From NCBI GenBank assembly GCA_963765495.1, contig CAVXWP010000009.1:800001-864000 (forward strand): a stretch of DNA of 64,000 bases, given 5' to 3'. This document shows positions 61,283-64,000 of the stretch, piece after piece. This DNA comes from Blastocatellia bacterium. Lineage in GTDB: Bacteria > Acidobacteriota > Blastocatellia > UBA7656. Under the pieces are notes generated by a model. That model made no database searches and was not told the DNA's origin. It was given only the letters and a program-made list of their open reading frames with translations. The translations under genes were made by a program, and so were the position numbers. Numbering within the stretch: position 1 is the first letter of the stretch; every line of letters begins with the position of its first letter.

Positions 61283-63405
61283 ATGACCGGCACAGGGACG
61301 GCCATCTCTTCTCCGCCAACAGGCGCAAGTGGAATTATTAACCGGAACTCGGTTCCGTGGCCGTCGCGTGCGGGGCTCTTGAGTTCTATAATGCCGCCAA
61401 GCTCAACGATACGGCGCTGAACTATGGCAAGTCCCAATCCCGTGCCTCTGGACTTGGTGGTATAGAAAGGCTCGAACACCCGGCGCTGATCTTCTTCGGG
61501 AATGCCCGGCCCCGTGTCTGTGATCGTAAGCATCACGCTGGACGAAGACGGGGTGCCTCTCTCCGAGTGGGTCTTTTGCCTGTCGAATTCCACGCTCGCA
61601 ACCACGGCGACCTCTCCCCCCTCGCCCGTTGCCTGAAGACCGTTGAGCACAAGATTGCCGAGCGCCTCGCGCACCGCCGAGGCCTGCGCGCCTGTAAGCG
61701 TCACATCCTGATCAACCACAACGTTCAGCGCGACGCGCAGTTCGCGAGCCTCTTTGCCAATGAGTGCCATCGTGGAGTCGAGCAATTCCGACATCGACAC
61801 GGGGCGGCTGTCTTGATGATTTGGGCGCGAGAAGGCGAGAAGTTGCGAAACAGTCCGGTTGAGGCGATCTATTTCGCTGACGATCAACTCCAGATCACGG
61901 TCGTATTCCTTGAGCGACTCTTCTTCGCGCATCACCTGGGCTATGGATTTGATCGAAGAGAGCGGGTTTTTGACTTCGTGCGCTACGGTAGCGGCCATCT
62001 GTCCAAGCGTAGCCAGTCGCTCGCGCGCGGCAAGCTCACGTTCGAGTCGTATCTTTTCTTCTACAAGCAGGCAGCCTTCGACTTCGATGGCTACCTGCCC
62101 CGCCAGCACATCGAGAATAGATCGCTTCTCAGATGTCAACGTCTGAGCTTCGGCCTCTATTATCATCAGCCCTATAACTTTGTTTTCGCGTCTGAGGCCG
62201 TAAGCGATGCTCGCGCCCAGTTCCGTCAAATCCTCGTCCGTCTCGATCATATCCGATTGCCAGAGGCGGAGCTTTTCAATCAGCCGCCGCTCGGGGCCTT
62301 CGGCGAGCGTAGCGATTGAAGGGACTACGCGAACCCGCGCCAGATCAAGCCCCCGGCGAATGATCTCTTCCGTGTACCGCACAACCGCGTCGAGTTCACC
62401 AAGCCCCGCAGTGCCTGCCGACACCTGTCGCACAACGTCGCGGTACAACCCGATCTCATGAGCAAACAGGCGATGCACCATTCTCTCGATCACCCGTATG
62501 ACGGGACCGGCCAGCGCGACCATCCCGAGTATCAATATCGCTTCGATCACTCCGGGCCGCGACCCAAATCGCTCGACAAAAAATTGATCCAGTTGCCTCA
62601 CGCCGTAAGTGTAAACCGCTATAAAGACGACCGCGAATCCCGCGTACATCAAGCTGTCTTTTATGATGATGTCCACTATCTTGTAGCGATAGACGTAGTA
62701 GGCCACAAAGAAAGTCGGCAAAAGCGACAGCAAAATGTAGGCTACCCAGAGAAAATCGTTCGGGCCTGAGCGACGCAACCCGACTATGGCGAATTCGAAC
62801 CCGCCTATGATGAACAGGAAAATGGCGAGCAATTTGAAGAACGCTCGCTCGCGTGTGGCAGATATATTTAGGCGATCCTTGATCACCCAGTCAATTGCCG
62901 ACGCCGACCAGAAGGCATACATCCACCATACGGAATAGGGAATAAGCAATCTTCTGAGCTTTACAAAAAACAACTGGTAATCGCCGGTATTGATCAGGTA
63001 GATCGCATAAGGCAGCACGATCATCGGCGCATAAAAAGCCAGCCCCGCGATTCGGGCCTGCCTCTCGCTTGCAGTCCGATTCTTATTAAATGAACTCCAG
63101 ACGGCAAAGTGCGCGTGAAGTAGCGCGGAAGGGACCAGCGCTACGCCGATCATAGTAATGGTATCCCAGACTCTCAAAAGAGAGGTTAGCCGCTCGCTGC
63201 CAAGCAGCAGAAGGTGCAGCATAGTGAGCATATTTCCGAGAAACCACCCGCCCAGACAAAGACCCAGCAATACGAATGTGCGTTCGGCAAGCGTCATATG
63301 CTCGCGTGCGCCCAGCCGCCTCTTCCAGATCAACCAGGCGATGTAGAGGTGCAGCGCCGCCCCGGTGGCGAATCCTACGAGCTTTAATATTTCAAGCAGT
63401 GACAT
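61279..63405 (-). CDS. Membrane-bound sensor histidine kinase (multi-TM, GAF-like, HisKA/HATPase)
   Basis: About 9 TM helices; LGQMAATVAHEVKNPL; NLVLNG; DTGPGI; FEPFYTTK..GTGLGL. Confidence 0.92.
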   Translation of the reverse strand: MSLLEILKLVGFATGAALHLYIAWLIWKRRLGAREHMTLAERTFVLLGLCLGGWFLGNMLTMLHLLLLGSERLTSLLRVWDTITMIGVALVPSALLHAHFAVWSSFNKNRTASERQARIAGLAFYAPMIVLPYAIYLINTGDYQLFFVKLRRLLIPYSVWWMYAFWSASAIDWVIKDRLNISATRERAFFKLLAIFLFIIGGFEFAIVGLRRSGPNDFLWVAYILLSLLPTFFVAYYVYRYKIVDIIIKDSLMYAGFAVVFIAVYTYGVRQLDQFFVERFGSRPGVIEAILILGMVALAGPVIRVIERMVHRLFAHEIGLYRDVVRQVSAGTAGLGELDAVVRYTEEIIRRGLDLARVRVVPSIATLAEGPERRLIEKLRLWQSDMIETDEDLTELGASIAYGLRRENKVIGLMIIEAEAQTLTSEKRSILDVLAGQVAIEVEGCLLVEEKIRLERELAARERLATLGQMAATVAHEVKNPLSSIKSIAQVMREEESLKEYDRDLELIVSEIDRLNRTVSQLLAFSRPNHQDSRPVSMSELLDSTMALIGKEARELRVALNVVVDQDVTLTGAQASAVREALGNLVLNGLQATGEGGEVAVVASVEFDRQKTHSERGTPSSSSVMLTITDTGPGIPEEDQRRVFEPFYTTKSRGTGLGLAIVQRRIVELGGIIELKSPARDGHGTEFRLIIPLAPVGGEEMAVPVPVI

Positions 63406-63576
63406 AACCGAAGACAATAAACTTCAACTGGATGGCAAGTCAGGTCTAAACGCTACGGCTTACTGTAAACGTCGGCGGAAAGAAATGTCAAAGCCCTTTG
63501 AGGGCGAGCGAGAATCCGCGTGGCCTGATCTATGATATGTGGATACAATGTCAGGGCGGGAATCAAGGATCAGCAA

Positions 63577-64000
63577 ATGAAGGCCACCGACAAAGAAGAG
63601 ACTCTCAAGGCTTATGAGCGCCACGCCTCATCGGTAGACGCGGAGTTTCACCGTGTCTTCGAGCAGTTTGCCGACCGCATGCAGTGCGGTAAAGGCTGTT
63701 CGATGTGTTGCAGTCAGATGTTTTCGATCTCGCTAATCGAAGCCGCCTACATATCTCGCGCAGTAAAAGCTATGCCCGAAGAGCGCCGCCACCGCCTGCG
63801 CGCCTCGGCTCGCGATTACATCGCAAAGGCCAGAAAATTGACCTTAGACAACGATGAAGACGACGGCGAAGAAGCCATAACGCCGCGCCCCGGATTGAGA
63901 CTTCCCTGCCCGGCGCTCATCGATGATGCCTGCTCGATCTATGATGCGAGGCCGCTCATCTGTCGCAAGTGGGGCATACCGCTTTTCAATCCAAAAAAGC
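63577..64000 (+). CDS. YkgJ family cysteine-cluster protein; partial, runs off the right edge and is absent from the ORF track
   Basis: Hand translation: MKATDKEE..QCGKGCSMCC..LPCPALIDDACSIYDARPLICR. Confidence 0.85.
   Translation, partial: MKATDKEETLKAYERHASSVDAEFHRVFEQFADRMQCGKGCSMCCSQMFSISLIEAAYISRAVKAMPEERRHRLRASARDYIAKARKLTLDNDEDDGEEAITPRPGLRLPCPALIDDACSIYDARPLICRKWGIPLFNPKK

Overview
This is a gene-dense bacterial chromosome segment. The gene content and repeat style suggest Acidobacteriota, possibly Blastocatellia-like; that placement is inference. Housekeeping genes (trpF, queD, waaC-like, def, aroC, uvrB, purC-cvpA, trxA) are interleaved with accessory modules. (1) A duplicated envelope locus at 13.6-26.8 kb has two Oar-like TonB-dependent receptors. 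Each sits behind an identically spaced sigma-54 promoter with a tandem palindromic enhancer (TCCAAA-N2-TTTGGA), and each is followed convergently by secreted Ig-like/TPR paralogs; a TMTC-like GT-C/TPR glycosyltransferase closes the locus. (2) A probable selenoprotein was missed by the ORF track: a UshA-like domain with an in-frame C-G-UGA, fused to a tetraheme cytochrome c. (3) An integrase-less integron cassette remnant has two attC sites and two toxin-antitoxin cassettes; a 144-bp MITE and an IS5-like element hit the last toxin gene. (4) Two MITE families have target-site duplications and carry REP-like doublets. (5) There is a solo TnpB IS200/IS605 element. (6) An Rrf2-trxA-SDR-QueA-like operon has two operators. 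(7) There is an rSAM/SPASM-TIGR04282-GT87-like cluster. (8) An ECF sigma / zinc anti-sigma / long TPR module runs off the left edge. No rRNA, tRNA or CRISPR array was found. All product calls come from motif recognition by eye, not database searches.
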